Assembly (NCBI GenBank): GCA_016187025.1 | Contig: JACPKM010000001.1 | Location: 107,188-171,187 of the forward strand | Direction of reading: 5' to 3' | From: Candidatus Daviesbacteria bacterium | GTDB lineage: Bacteria; Patescibacteriota; Microgenomatia; Daviesbacterales; UBA10151 | DNA: 64,000 nucleotides | Shown: piece after piece, positions 1-10,070 of the stretch | Layout of the letters: every line of letters starts with the position of its first letter | Numbering within the stretch: the first letter of the stretch is position 1 | Translations under genes and position numbers: made by a program | Notes under the pieces: model-generated | Seen by the model: only the letters and a program-made list of their open reading frames with translations | Databases searched by the model: none | Told to the model about the DNA's origin: nothing

Positions 1-26
1 TTTCAGGAAAATTACACAATTCTGAC

Positions 27-536
27 TTGGTAATGTATGACAGATATGAAGGCAACTTATGGCAACAAATTACAGGAGAAGGTATTGTCGGACCAGCTGC
101 TCAAAGATTTGAAAAACTAAAACAGGTGCCAATTATCACCACAACCTGGGGAGAATGGGAAAAAGAACATCCTAGTACGGAAGTTCTTTCAAGAAATACA
201 GGATTTAGTAGAAATTATGACCAATATCCGTATGGCACATATGAACAAGACGACCAATTACTTTTTGGAGTAAAGGGATTAGACAAAAGTCTCCAGATAA
301 AAACTGTAATTTATGGAATAGAGATTGATGGTAAGTCTAAGGCTTACCCTGAAAATGTTTTTGATGAGAAAAAAATTATTGAAGATACAGTTGGAAATGT
401 AGCGATAAGATTAGAAAAAAATCAAGCTGGACAAATTAAGGTTACTAACTTACAAACGCAGCAAGGTTTGATACCTATTAGATTATTCTGGTTTGCCTGG
501 GCAGCTTTTCATCCAGATACAGAAGTTTATCAATAA
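27..536 (+). CDS. DUF3179-family protein, C-terminal part (likely truncated by window edge)
   Basis: ORF translation resembles DUF3179 proteins, which are usually ~300 aa; the ORF begins at the window start. Confidence 0.5.
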   Translation: MVMYDRYEGNLWQQITGEGIVGPAAQRFEKLKQVPIITTTWGEWEKEHPSTEVLSRNTGFSRNYDQYPYGTYEQDDQLLFGVKGLDKSLQIKTVIYGIEIDGKSKAYPENVFDEKKIIEDTVGNVAIRLEKNQAGQIKVTNLQTQQGLIPIRLFWFAWAAFHPDTEVYQ

Positions 537-537
537 T

Positions 538-1227
538 ATGAATCGGAAACTGATGGTTTTAAAACAACTGGATCTTTTTAAGGCGCTACCTGAAGATATG
601 GTCAAATATATCAGTGAGCGTTTTGCTGAAAGAGAGTACGGCAAGAGACAAGTTATATTTGAGCCTGAAGACCGGGATAAAGTTTTCTTGTTAAAAAGCG
701 GCAAGGTAGAGATTTATCAACTTACACCTGATGGTAAAAAAATTATTATTGATATACTGACTTCCGGTGATGTTTTTGGAGATCTGGGCATAAAAGAAGA
801 AAATGAGCAAGCTCTTTTCTCCGAAAATGAGCATTTTGTGCAAGCTACCACTAATTCCTTTGTTTGCGTAATGAACAAAGATGAATTTTTTGATATGGTT
901 AGTAAAGTTCCAAAGCTCGCGAATATATTAGTTAAGGAGCTTTTCTCCAAGTTAATTGAATCTGAAAAACAAATAGCAGCACTGGCCTCAGATAATCTTT
1001 TGGTTAAAGTAAAAAATTTACTGTTAAGACTTGCCAAAAAACATGGGGAGGTAACGGATGATAGAGTAATAATTACCACCAAATTTACCCACGAACAACT
1101 GGCTGATATGATTGGCATTTCCCGTCCCACCATGACTGAATTACTTAATAAATTAGACCGCTTGGGAATTATCAAACGCGAAGGTAAAATTATTTCATAC
1201 TATCCCCAAAAATTAGCCAGTCTTTAG
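538..1227 (+). CDS. Crp/Fnr-family transcriptional regulator (cNMP-binding domain + C-terminal HTH)
   Basis: Internal ATG at 538 immediately after the stop of the upstream ORF; cNMP-binding-like N-terminus; HTH 'EQLADMIGISRPTMTELLNKLDRLGII'. Confidence 0.7.
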   Translation: MNRKLMVLKQLDLFKALPEDMVKYISERFAEREYGKRQVIFEPEDRDKVFLLKSGKVEIYQLTPDGKKIIIDILTSGDVFGDLGIKEENEQALFSENEHFVQATTNSFVCVMNKDEFFDMVSKVPKLANILVKELFSKLIESEKQIAALASDNLLVKVKNLLLRLAKKHGEVTDDRVIITTKFTHEQLADMIGISRPTMTELLNKLDRLGIIKREGKIISYYPQKLASL

Positions 1228-1299
1228 CTTAATTGCTGCTTGACAAGGAACTATTATTTGATAAGATACTTATATATTAAGTATCTAACATAAATTCAC

Positions 1300-1725
1300 A
1301 TGTCAACAAGAATACAACTCATTGAAGAAATTCTGCACGCCTTCCACGCTATCCGAAACATAACCAAGGCTAAAGCTGCTAGTTTGGGTCACCAAAATCA
1401 CATAACTCACTCCCAATGGTTTGTCTTGACGATGATCGAACACTTTAAAAAAATAAGTATTAAAGATATCGCAGAAAAGTTGGAGATGTCTTCAAGTGCA
1501 GCAACTCAGCTTGTAGATAGCCTTGTGCAAAGTGGATTTGTTACCCGTCAAGAAGATCCAGCAGATCGTCGTTTGGTACAACTGGAACTTTCACTAAAAG
1601 GCGAGAGGCATATCGCTGCCACTAAGAATAAGCGTATAAACGAAATGGCAGATATGTTTGAAACATTAACGGATAAAGAACTTCAGGAATTTGTAAGACT
1701 ATTTAAGAAAATCATATCAAGATGA
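1300..1725 (+). CDS. MarR-family transcriptional regulator
   Basis: 141-aa winged-helix; MarR-like wHTH segment 'IKDIAEKLEMSSSAATQLVDSLVQSGFVTRQEDPADRR'. Confidence 0.7.
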   Translation: MSTRIQLIEEILHAFHAIRNITKAKAASLGHQNHITHSQWFVLTMIEHFKKISIKDIAEKLEMSSSAATQLVDSLVQSGFVTRQEDPADRRLVQLELSLKGERHIAATKNKRINEMADMFETLTDKELQEFVRLFKKIISR

Positions 1726-2528
1726 ATACTCTTATGCAGTATATTGGGAAATATTTTCATTCTATGTATTATGTTGTCATCAGCGTTCTCTTAATAGTGG
1801 CAACTGTTGAAAGCGTTGGCCGTGGGTTTCCTATCAATTTGCCTGTTGCTGTTTTGGCAGCAGTAATACTCGATTTTTCTTTACAAAGGTTCTGGTTAAA
1901 GACTCCCCTTAGAGTTCCCTTATCCGCCATCATTACTGGCCTGATAGTTGGTACAGTATCTGTAAATGCTCCTATCCTTGGTACTTTTATTGCTGCGATT
2001 CTAGCCATACTTTCTAAATTTATTATTAGGTTGAAAGGCAAGCATATCTTCAATCCAGTAGTGTTTGGAGTAGTTAGTGTGCAACTGCTTAATCCTGCTG
2101 CTCATGGTGCTGCTATGCATGGATCAGGAATGACAATGGAAGGTTTCGGGCCTGGTGGTTTTGCGGTCAGTCTCTGGCTGGTACCGCTTTTGTTATTCGC
2201 CAACTGGCGGGCAAATAAACTGTGGGTTTCAATACCATATCTTATTGCAACAGCATTGCTTTTCTACTTTTCAGGACTCGCCAACCCCGCTTCATTAAAC
2301 GCACAAGGTATATTTATGTTCCTTGAAGTCCTACCTTGGTATTTTGCATTCATTATAGTTTCAGAGCCGAAGACTTCCCCTTGGGTAAAAAAAGAGCAGA
2401 TTATATTCGGAAGCGGTGTTGCAATTCTTTCCGTTTTACCTCTCCTTCTTTTTGGTTTCTATTCCCATGTTATAGCACTTGTAGCACTGCTTGCTGGAAA
2501 TCTAATTTATGCAGCCTATCGCACATAG
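1722..2528 (+). CDS. polytopic membrane protein (tentatively RnfD/NqrB-like family)
   Basis: 268 aa with ~8 predicted TM helices; 'KHIFNP' motif reminiscent of RnfD/NqrB; overlaps the MarR stop, so likely an operon. Confidence 0.4.
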   Translation: MNTLMQYIGKYFHSMYYVVISVLLIVATVESVGRGFPINLPVAVLAAVILDFSLQRFWLKTPLRVPLSAIITGLIVGTVSVNAPILGTFIAAILAILSKFIIRLKGKHIFNPVVFGVVSVQLLNPAAHGAAMHGSGMTMEGFGPGGFAVSLWLVPLLLFANWRANKLWVSIPYLIATALLFYFSGLANPASLNAQGIFMFLEVLPWYFAFIIVSEPKTSPWVKKEQIIFGSGVAILSVLPLLLFGFYSHVIALVALLAGNLIYAAYRT

Positions 2529-2598
2529 CTAGTTGAATTCATAATTTTGTCATTTAAACAACAGATTGCAACGATATTCTCCTTTAAAATTTGGGTAT

Positions 2599-2952
2599 AT
2601 GAAAGGCATTGCCACTTGCCAGGATTGTCCAATCAATATAACCATTTACCGCTTTACCGGCATCCAGGGCTTTTTTAGTGTACCCAAGAAATGGTGTGAA
2701 GAATGCGACCTGCTTGTGAGTCTAGTTAAGAATACTGTCAGGGATTTGGGGATTGAGGATAAAACAAAATTGACCATCAGACCCTGGCTTCCCTGGTTTT
2801 GGCAACCGCTTTTAATAAATTTTGCCTGGCATGCTCCAATTTTAACCATTAATGGAAAATTAATCAGCCAAGGGATTGTACCGGATAAACTAGCTCTTAC
2901 TAAAGCCCTTTCAGAAAATGTCGTTCAAACAACAGAATTTGGGAAAGTATGA
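2599..2952 (+). CDS. hypothetical protein with two CxxC motifs (thioredoxin-fold-like?)
   Basis: ORF; CQDC and CEEC motifs; start chosen at the internal Met (MKGIAT). Confidence 0.4.
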   Translation: MKGIATCQDCPINITIYRFTGIQGFFSVPKKWCEECDLLVSLVKNTVRDLGIEDKTKLTIRPWLPWFWQPLLINFAWHAPILTINGKLISQGIVPDKLALTKALSENVVQTTEFGKV

Positions 2953-2993
2953 GTGTATACTATTTTTAATATGCAAAGAAAGGAGAAATATTT

Positions 2994-3123
2994 ATGAAAC
3001 ATGGACCCCACGATAATTGTTTAATGTGCAGCATGGCAAAGGCTGTTGGAATGATGGAAAAGCATCCAAAGGATTGTAATTGTCAGGCTAATATTAAAAA
3101 AGAAGAAAAGAAGGATAAATGAC
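2994..3123 (+). CDS. small Cys-rich protein (43 aa), possible metal-binding
   Basis: Not in the ORF track (<60 aa). RBS 'aaaggagaaatattt' before ATG; peptide MKHGPHDNCLMCSMAKAVGMMEKHPKDCNCQANIKKEEKKDK. Confidence 0.4.
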
Positions 3124-3126
3124 ATT

Positions 3127-3429
3127 ATGAAACAAAAACTAATTGAACTTTGGAAAAATGATTGCGAGCATTGTGAGGCTACGGAGCCCATCATAAAAGA
3201 GCTTGAACAAGAGGGGTATAAGTTTGATAGATTTAATATAGAGACACCGGAAGGTGAGAAGGTTTGGAGAAGCTATTCCAGGGAAATAGATGAAAATAAT
3301 AAGAAGATAGGTTATGAATTGGGCTACATTTATACACCAACAATTATCAACCCAAAAACAAGACAGTTAAAAGCATTTAAAGATAGAGCGCCTAAGAAAG
3401 AAGAAATAATAGCTCTGGCTAATTCTTAG
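3127..3429 (+). CDS. thioredoxin-like / glutaredoxin-like small redox protein
   Basis: CEHC (CxxC) motif near the N-terminus in a 100-aa protein; sits in the redox gene cluster. Confidence 0.55.
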   Translation: MKQKLIELWKNDCEHCEATEPIIKELEQEGYKFDRFNIETPEGEKVWRSYSREIDENNKKIGYELGYIYTPTIINPKTRQLKAFKDRAPKKEEIIALANS

Positions 3430-3462
3430 ATTTTATATTATTTTGGAAGGAGGTGGTAAATA

Positions 3463-3663
3463 ATGGATACTAATTTGAAATGCCCAATGTGTGGAGGCCA
3501 GTTTCATTCTCAACAAGAATTAGATTCACACACAGAGCAGTCGCATGCTAAAAAAGAGAATCAGCAACAGGAGCACGCCATAAGCTGTTCCAAGTGTGGG
3601 TTAAAAGCAAAATCTGTAGAGGATTTAAAAGAACATGAGGGACACCACAACATGAATGGTTAA
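3463..3663 (+). CDS. small protein with two C2H2-type zinc-finger-like motifs
   Basis: CPMCG..H..H and CSKCG..H..H spacing; RBS 'ggaggtgg' upstream. Confidence 0.5.
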   Translation: MDTNLKCPMCGGQFHSQQELDSHTEQSHAKKENQQQEHAISCSKCGLKAKSVEDLKEHEGHHNMNG

Positions 3664-3683
3664 GAAAGAGTGGTGGAAAAACT

Positions 3684-4262
3684 ATGATTAGAATTAAAAT
3701 TCTTACCGGTTCAGTGCGGCCTGGCAGATTTAATATCCAGCCAGCTACCTGGATCTATGAAATTGCTAAAAAAAGAACGGATATGGAGGTAGAACTTTTG
3801 GATTTACAGGAAGTAAACCTTCCTTTTCTGGATGAGTCAGTTCCACCTTCCCAAAGACAATATTCAAAGGAACATACTAAAAAATGGTCTAAGATTATTG
3901 GTGAGGCAGATGGTTTTATTTTTGTTACTCCGGAATACAATCATGGTGTATCACCAGTATTAAAAAATGCCGTAGATTATTTATTTTACGAATGGCATTA
4001 TAAGCCTGTTAGTTTTGTAAGTTATGGATCTTTAGCCGGAGGGTCAAGAGCTGTTGAACATTGGCGGGGAATAGCTGCTGAGATAAAGATGTATGATTTA
4101 AGAGAACAAGTTATGTTGCCTAACTATTGGGAAAACTTAGATAAAAATGGCAAATACCAGTTTAATGATGCTCAGGAAAAATCCGCTAGTGCAATGCTTG
4201 ACGCTCTTATCTTTTGGGCAAAGAAAATGAAAGAGGCAAGAAAGGAATTGCAAAAACCATAA
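3684..4262 (+). CDS. NADPH-dependent FMN reductase family protein
   Basis: Flavodoxin-like NAD(P)H oxidoreductase signature 'ILTGSVRPGRFN...FIFVTPEYNHGVSPVLKNAVDYL'. Confidence 0.75.
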   Translation: MIRIKILTGSVRPGRFNIQPATWIYEIAKKRTDMEVELLDLQEVNLPFLDESVPPSQRQYSKEHTKKWSKIIGEADGFIFVTPEYNHGVSPVLKNAVDYLFYEWHYKPVSFVSYGSLAGGSRAVEHWRGIAAEIKMYDLREQVMLPNYWENLDKNGKYQFNDAQEKSASAMLDALIFWAKKMKEARKELQKP

Positions 4263-4277
4263 AAAGGAAAGCAACTT

Positions 4278-5627
4278 ATGAAAAAATTTGATGTTTTAGT
4301 TATAGGTAGTGGCGCAGGTCTTGAAGTGGCTTCATTTGCCGCTGAGAAAGGTTTATCGGTTGCTTTAGTGGAGGAAGGACGCTTAGGTGGAACATGTCTT
4401 AATAGGGGTTGTATCCCCTCTAAAATGTTAATCCACTCGGCGGATGTAGCTGAAACTATTAAAAGCAGTCAGAAATTTGGGATTAAAAGTAAGATAGAGG
4501 GGATTGATTTTACCTCTATTGTCAAAAGAGTTTCTGAAGTTGTGGATACAGATTCCAGCGGAATTGAACAAGCAGTAAGAAAAAGTGGTAATCCTGTTTT
4601 GTATAAAGTCAGAAGTAAATTTATTGGGCCAAAACAAATGCAGGCTGGGAATGAACAAATAGAAGCAGACAAAGTTTTTATTGTGGGAGGTACCAGACCT
4701 TCAACCCCTCCGGTTCCGGGTCTTGAGGATACACCTTACCTTGATAGCACAAAGGCTTTGAGATTGGAAAAGCAACCGGAGCATCTGGTAATTATCGGTG
4801 GAGGTTATATTGCCGCAGAGTTAGCTCACTTTTTTGGAGCATTGGGGACAAAGATAACTATTTTAGTAAGAGGAGAAAGAATGCTGGATAACGAAGATGA
4901 TGAGATAGCAGACTGGTTTACCAAGGAATTTTCTAAGAAACACAAAATTTTATTTAAAACTGAAACAGAAGCTGTCTCCTACCAGGACAACAGATTTATT
5001 ATAAAACTAAAAAATGATGGCGGGAAATTAGAATCTGATCAACTCCTTGTTGCTACGGGAAGAACACCCAATACAGATATACTGGACGTTAAAACTACAG
5101 GGGTAGATGTAGATGATAAAGGTTATATTAAAGTAAACGACTACTTAGAAACAAACGTAGATGGGATATGGGCTTTTGGAGATATAGTAGGAATTTTACC
5201 ATTCAGGCATACAGCCAATGATCAGGTAGGTTTTGCCATCGGAAACGCTTTTACTGATAAAAAAGTACCATTTGACCCCTTTGCCATTGGTCATGCGGTT
5301 TTTTCTTCTCCTCAAGTTGGAGGTGTTGGTAAAACAGAACAGGAGCTTAAGAAAGAAGGTATATCTTATAAAGTTGGTAAAGCAGAACTTAAAGATACAG
5401 GTATGGGTGGAGCCTTGCAGGAAAATGGTTTGGCAAAAGTTATAACAGATGAGACAGGAAAAAAGATATTAGGGGTTCATATTGTTGGTCCACAAGCCTC
5501 TATCTTAATTCATGAAGCAATTGTGGCTATGAAGGGAAACGGGACAGTAGATGCTATTACCCAATCAGTCTATATTCACCCAGCGTTACCTGAATGGTTG
5601 CAAAGAGCATTTTTTGATATTGGATAA
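4278..5627 (+). CDS. class I pyridine nucleotide-disulfide oxidoreductase (dihydrolipoyl dehydrogenase / mycothione-reductase-like)
   Basis: FAD GxGxxG 'VLVIGSGAGL'; redox-active disulfide 'GGTCLNRGCIPSK'; NAD-binding 'IIGGGYIAAE'; C-terminal dimerisation domain. Confidence 0.8.
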   Translation: MKKFDVLVIGSGAGLEVASFAAEKGLSVALVEEGRLGGTCLNRGCIPSKMLIHSADVAETIKSSQKFGIKSKIEGIDFTSIVKRVSEVVDTDSSGIEQAVRKSGNPVLYKVRSKFIGPKQMQAGNEQIEADKVFIVGGTRPSTPPVPGLEDTPYLDSTKALRLEKQPEHLVIIGGGYIAAELAHFFGALGTKITILVRGERMLDNEDDEIADWFTKEFSKKHKILFKTETEAVSYQDNRFIIKLKNDGGKLESDQLLVATGRTPNTDILDVKTTGVDVDDKGYIKVNDYLETNVDGIWAFGDIVGILPFRHTANDQVGFAIGNAFTDKKVPFDPFAIGHAVFSSPQVGGVGKTEQELKKEGISYKVGKAELKDTGMGGALQENGLAKVITDETGKKILGVHIVGPQASILIHEAIVAMKGNGTVDAITQSVYIHPALPEWLQRAFFDIG

Positions 5628-5638
5628 CCAAAAAAACT

Positions 5639-6166
5639 ATGTACGACGAAAATAAATTGCTAAAATTTAGAAAACAAAAAGATCAGGCTTGGAAAAACGA
5701 TAAAGAATCTCCTTTAACCGAAGAACAAAAGAAGAACTTTAAAAGTTTAAACTATTTTCCACCTAATCCTGATTTGAGTTTTGAATTAGAGCTTGATAAA
5801 AATATACCTGATATAGGCAAAGAGGTAATTATTAAAACCACAGGTGGAGATGAACAGGTATATCTAAGAGCTGGCAAAGTAAAGCTTAGTGTTGAAGGCG
5901 CAGAAGTTGAAGCAATTGTTTTTGAAGATCCGCATCAAGAACAGTTTCAATATTATCTTTTATTTCGCGATCAAACAACTGGTAAAGAAACTTATGAAAA
6001 TGGCAGGATGTTACAAATTCCAAAAAAGGGAGATAAGTTAATTGTTGACTTTAATTATGCTTACAATCCATATAGTTCATACAATGAAAATTGGGATTGC
6101 CCAATAACACCAGAAGAAAATATTTTACCAATAGCAATTAAAGCAGGAGAAAAAAGATTTATATGA
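5639..6166 (+). CDS. DUF1684 family protein
   Basis: 175-aa translation resembles DUF1684 proteins. Confidence 0.5.
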   Translation: MYDENKLLKFRKQKDQAWKNDKESPLTEEQKKNFKSLNYFPPNPDLSFELELDKNIPDIGKEVIIKTTGGDEQVYLRAGKVKLSVEGAEVEAIVFEDPHQEQFQYYLLFRDQTTGKETYENGRMLQIPKKGDKLIVDFNYAYNPYSSYNENWDCPITPEENILPIAIKAGEKRFI

Positions 6167-6187
6167 GTTTGTTATTTGTCTATAAAC

Positions 6188-6499
6188 CTAAGCGGATTGT
6201 TCTCCCCATTCGCTTATTTTTTCAAAAATTTCTTTTAAAGACTCTCCTTTTGTAGTTAATGTATATTCTACGTGCAAAGGAATTTCTGTATAGATTTTCT
6301 TTTTGAGAATGCCTTCTTTTTCCAGTTCTTTCAGGCGCAGAGAAAGAGTCTTTGGGCTAATGCCGTTTAATTCTCCCTGTAACTGCCCGAACCTTTTTGT
6401 TCCAGAAAAAAGGCTATGGAGGATGTACATAGACCATTTGTTGCCAATAATTTTAAGAGTTTTCGATACTCCGCAGGTTTTATGATTTTCTACTGCCAT
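6188..6499 (-). CDS. HxlR-family winged-helix transcriptional regulator
   Basis: 'CGVSKTLKIIGNKWSMYILHSL...FGQLQ...ISPKTLSLRLKELEKEGIL' is a typical HxlR signature. Confidence 0.75.
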   Translation of the reverse strand: MAVENHKTCGVSKTLKIIGNKWSMYILHSLFSGTKRFGQLQGELNGISPKTLSLRLKELEKEGILKKKIYTEIPLHVEYTLTTKGESLKEIFEKISEWGEQSA

Positions 6500-6585
6500 A
6501 ATTTTCTTAATTATACTACTTATGGTACGAACTTCCCATTTTATAACTACTTTACAAAAGGAAGTAGTACTGCTAATATGTATTT

Positions 6586-7203
6586 ATGAACAAATTTGAT
6601 GAGTTGGCAGATTCCCCAGTAATTGAAAAAACAGTCCGGGCTCTGAATTCAAATGGCATAGAAACTATTGTTGTAGAAAATGGTGAAGAGGCCAAGAAAA
6701 AAGCTCTTGAGATTTTACCTGAAGGAAAAGAAATCATGACAATGGTCTCTGTTACTTTAGATACAATCAGCTTATCAACAGAGGTAAATAAAGAAGGTGG
6801 TAAATACAAACCCGTCAGAGATAAACTGTATGCCATGGATAGAGAAACTCAAGCTAAGGAAATGAAAAGTTTGGGTTCAACCCCTGACTGGGCAATTGGC
6901 AGCGTTCACGCTATTACACAAGATGGACAAATATTGGTAGCATCGGCAACAGGTAGTCAATTGCCAGCATATGCTTATGGGGCAATAAATGTTTTGTGGA
7001 TAGTTGGTGGACAGAAAATTGTTAAAAACTTGGAAGAAGGTTTAAAGCGGATATATGAATATGTTTTACCTCTGGAGAGTGAGCGCGCTAAAAAAGCTTA
7101 TGGGGTACCAGGCAGTTCAGTAAACAAAATATTAATAATTAGCAAAGAGGCTCAACCTGGAAGAATCAAGGTTATCCTGGTCAAAGAAAAACTTGGATTT
7201 TAA
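6586..7203 (+). CDS. LUD-domain (LutC/YkgG-like, DUF162) protein
   Basis: 205-aa translation resembles lactate-utilization LUD domain proteins. Confidence 0.5.
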   Translation: MNKFDELADSPVIEKTVRALNSNGIETIVVENGEEAKKKALEILPEGKEIMTMVSVTLDTISLSTEVNKEGGKYKPVRDKLYAMDRETQAKEMKSLGSTPDWAIGSVHAITQDGQILVASATGSQLPAYAYGAINVLWIVGGQKIVKNLEEGLKRIYEYVLPLESERAKKAYGVPGSSVNKILIISKEAQPGRIKVILVKEKLGF

Positions 7204-7245
7204 TAGGAGAAACTGAATAAGCATGTGAAGCATACTCGCATCCTT

Positions 7246-8124
7246 CTAATTCCTATTATTCCCTATTTTCCAAACACTTTTTTCCCTAAAAGCTGGAATG
7301 GTCTGACGCTTAGCTGCATTTAAAATAACTGGGGCTGGCTTATTTTGTTTTTCTGCATATTCTACAGCATCAATAATTTTAGAGCCTTTTAAATAAGTAA
7401 TTCTTTTGTGTAAAGCCTCCATCACAGCAAGCAGGATTAGCCTCTCTATCTTTTTTGTACTTCTATCATCTCTAAAATCCTTAAAAGACTGATAATATTC
7501 TTGTTTCTCTTTATCCCGGATAATAATTCCCGGGAACCCTAATCTGTACAACTGATAGTTTATAAGCACTCTACCAATTCTACCGTTACCATCATTAAAA
7601 GGATGAATTATCTCAAATTGCAGGTGAAATTTAGCAATCTTATCTATAAAATAAGTACTTTGATCACTGGAATATTCAATTAAAGCCTCTTCCAGCATTC
7701 GTTCTATATGCTCAGGAGCCGGGGCGATGAAACTACCTACCCTGACATACTCCCCCTTTTTCCGGAATCTTCCAGCAATACTATCATCAATATTTCCTAT
7801 TAACATTTGATGGAGTAGTAATATAGTTTCTTTAGAAAGATCCTCATAAGCTTTAGTCTGGATATATTCCATAACTCTGGCTAAATTCTTAGCCTCATAT
7901 ACTTCACGCAGGCTGACATCTTTTGACACTTCCATCTCTAAAAGTATCTTCTCTGTTTCTTTTAAAGTAAGCGTAGAGTTTTCTATGGCATTAGAGTTAT
8001 AGACACTTTCCGGAATTTCAGCTTCATTAATAAGTTGTAGCAAAAAACCTTTACCAATTTTTAAACGGTCATATTCCTTTTTAAGAATTTCTATTCTTCT
8101 TTGCAGGGAAAACGAGGTTGACAT
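7246..8124 (-). CDS. Fic/DOC family protein (AMPylase-type)
   Basis: Canonical Fic motif HPFNDGNGRIGR. Confidence 0.85.
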   Translation of the reverse strand: MSTSFSLQRRIEILKKEYDRLKIGKGFLLQLINEAEIPESVYNSNAIENSTLTLKETEKILLEMEVSKDVSLREVYEAKNLARVMEYIQTKAYEDLSKETILLLHQMLIGNIDDSIAGRFRKKGEYVRVGSFIAPAPEHIERMLEEALIEYSSDQSTYFIDKIAKFHLQFEIIHPFNDGNGRIGRVLINYQLYRLGFPGIIIRDKEKQEYYQSFKDFRDDRSTKKIERLILLAVMEALHKRITYLKGSKIIDAVEYAEKQNKPAPVILNAAKRQTIPAFREKSVWKIGNNRN

Positions 8125-8126
8125 GA

Positions 8127-8215
8127 TACCTGTATTATATTAAATTCACACTATTTTGTCAATTAAACGTGAATATAATATCATTTACGGGATAAATTCA
8201 CGTTATTTTACTCGA
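8127..8215. repeat. direct repeat copy 1 (Fic 5' region), partner at 11812..11895
   Basis: 'attatat(t/c)aaattca..tcattttgtcaatt(a/t)aacgtgaat' shared by both copies; they bracket the SEC-C pseudogene/DUF2188/LexA/R-M block. Confidence 0.6.
8134..8162 (-). promoter_or_regulatory. sigma70-type promoter for the Fic gene (TTGACA-17-TATAAT on minus strand)
   Basis: Reverse complement reads aaTTGACAaaatagtgtgaatttaaTATAATacaggtatcATG; perfect consensus hexamers with a 17-nt spacer. Confidence 0.6.
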
Positions 8216-8341
8216 GGATCGTAACGTTAATATAACCAGTCAATTCGTGCGTATTTTCAAGGTATTTGAGGATTTCAAGTTCATTAGCCAACTACGGGAA
8301 GAGATGGATAAAAGTACAGCCAGCGATGGCGATGGCATGAT

Positions 8342-9140
8342 TTAGGTTTCAATTTCAATATCTAAATTTGGAACTTTACCATACCCTTGCAAGGCGGCAA
8401 TGAATCTTTCACCAAAATCTACCGATTGAATTAAAACCTCAGGATTTCCAGCCTTCTCAAGCAACCATTCCCCAGTATCCGTTTCTTTGTCCGTTCCATA
8501 GTGATATGAGTAATTCGTAAAAACAATAGCATTTGAAGGTGATGGCTTACCCTTTGTGGCAAAAACGGCTGCATCTCGCATTTTCGTAATAGCACCTACC
8601 CAAGGAACATCCTCTGGGCGTGCATTAGGTGAAAGAGGTAGGTTCATGTCAATAAACACAATAAATGGTTTTCCTATCATCCGCTGTTTAAGTGCGTGTT
8701 TATATAGTTTTAACACACTGAATCGGAACTCTCGTTCTTTGTTGAACTTCCCCCCTATGTGCAATACACCCTCTCGCTCTTTACTCTTAACCTCAACAAC
8801 AATTCCCTCTTTCGTTTCTGGGTGAGTAGCTATAAATTCCGAATGTTTCATCTGCTTTTTGGTATGGATAAATGCGGCTTCCTAATGCCCACACTTTCTT
8901 GCCCTTAAAGACGATTGGTTGAACAAAATCTATAAATATGCCCGACTGTCGCAATATATACCTTCTCTCAACCTGTTCTGCTTCGATTTTACGCATCATT
9001 TCTTCCATCTCTGGTGTTGGCTTCTCTATTTTGGTAACTTTAGGCACACCATACGGGAAACCACCCATTAGGTAATGACATTTCTTATATTTCTTACCGC
9101 TATTACACGGACAGGGATCGTTTCTGCCTATCTTTGACAT
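8342..9140 (-). pseudogene. disrupted paralog of the SEC-C-motif protein at 26899..28098 (internal deletion/frameshift)
   Basis: ORF 8793..9140 matches the N-terminus (SEC-C zinc motif [13 protein letters not shown]) of the 399-aa protein. ORF 8342..8851 matches its C-terminal ~165 aa in another frame; the middle is missing. Confidence 0.7.
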
Positions 9141-9158
9141 GGTATTGTTTGACTGGGG

Positions 9159-9389
9159 TTAGCGTTTCCTATCCTGTGGTGGAAAAGGATCTCGGCCAAA
9201 ACTGTCTTTGTCCCTAATCCTTCCATCTGGACGATGGGTTACTATCTCTGATTGGTTATTGATCGCTATTTGCCTTGCTGCATCGTAAGCCTCTGACTGT
9301 GTGTCATGTACAGAAGTCACGCGACTATTGCCCGCACCGCGAACCGCCCAATCTGTGCCGTATGGTACTACATGTTGTGATTTTGCCAT
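9159..9389 (-). CDS. DUF2188 family small protein
   Basis: 76-aa translation typical of DUF2188. Confidence 0.5.
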   Translation of the reverse strand: MAKSQHVVPYGTDWAVRGAGNSRVTSVHDTQSEAYDAARQIAINNQSEIVTHRPDGRIRDKDSFGRDPFPPQDRKR

Positions 9390-9436
9390 TTTTGCTTCAC
9401 CCCCCTCATATTTTGATATATTTATATCGACTTGAC

Positions 9437-9455
9437 ATGACTATAAATTTGTCAT
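9437..9455 (+). promoter_or_regulatory. candidate operator (inverted repeat ATGAC-N9-GTCAT) overlapping the promoter of the LexA-like gene
   Basis: TTGACAtgactataaatttgtcaTAAAGT: -35 TTGACA at 9432, 17-nt spacer, weak -10; the palindrome sits inside the spacer. Confidence 0.4.
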
Positions 9456-9469
9456 AAAGTTATCATAAT

Positions 9470-10069
9470 ATGGATATTAAAGTCAAGCCCCTAACTAACA
9501 AACAAAAGGAAGCGTTAGATTTCGTAAATTCTTTCATGCAAGAAAAAGGATACGCCCCTTCTTTGCGTGAATTAGCCACATTTTTGGACACCAAAAACCT
9601 AAGTACCGCACAGTACTACATCGAAGAATTAGAAAAAAAAGGTTATCTAAAACGAGATCCACATAAAAATAGAGGTATAGCACCAATTACCCAAAAACAA
9701 ACTATTCCTCTACTGGGTTTTATAGCTACCGGGGAACCCATAGAGCCGATTGAAAACGCTGAACCCATACAAGTATCATCGAATATTAAATTGAATCCAA
9801 ACCATTCCTACTACGCTCTTAAGGTAAAAGGTGACAGCATGATGGATATGGGAATTCTGGATAATGACATCGTTCTTATTAAGCATCAAATGACAGCAGA
9901 TATCGGGGACACAGTAGTTGGAATTACGGAAAAAGGTGCTACATTAAAAGTTTTAGGTGAAAAAAATGGAAGAACAATCTTACAACCAAAAAATCCAAAT
10001 TATGAAATAATAATTCCAGAACAACTCGAAATAAGAGGTGTCTTTGTTGGATTATTAAGAAAAAATTAA
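9470..10069 (+). CDS. lexA: LexA-like repressor (N-terminal wHTH + S24 peptidase domain)
   Basis: N-terminal DNA-binding region; 'GF..TG' cleavage region; 'VKGDSMMDMGILDNDIVLIK' Ser nucleophile context and downstream Lys; ends 2 nt before the MTase start. Confidence 0.7.
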   Translation: MDIKVKPLTNKQKEALDFVNSFMQEKGYAPSLRELATFLDTKNLSTAQYYIEELEKKGYLKRDPHKNRGIAPITQKQTIPLLGFIATGEPIEPIENAEPIQVSSNIKLNPNHSYYALKVKGDSMMDMGILDNDIVLIKHQMTADIGDTVVGITEKGATLKVLGEKNGRTILQPKNPNYEIIIPEQLEIRGVFVGLLRKN

Positions 10070-10070
10070 C

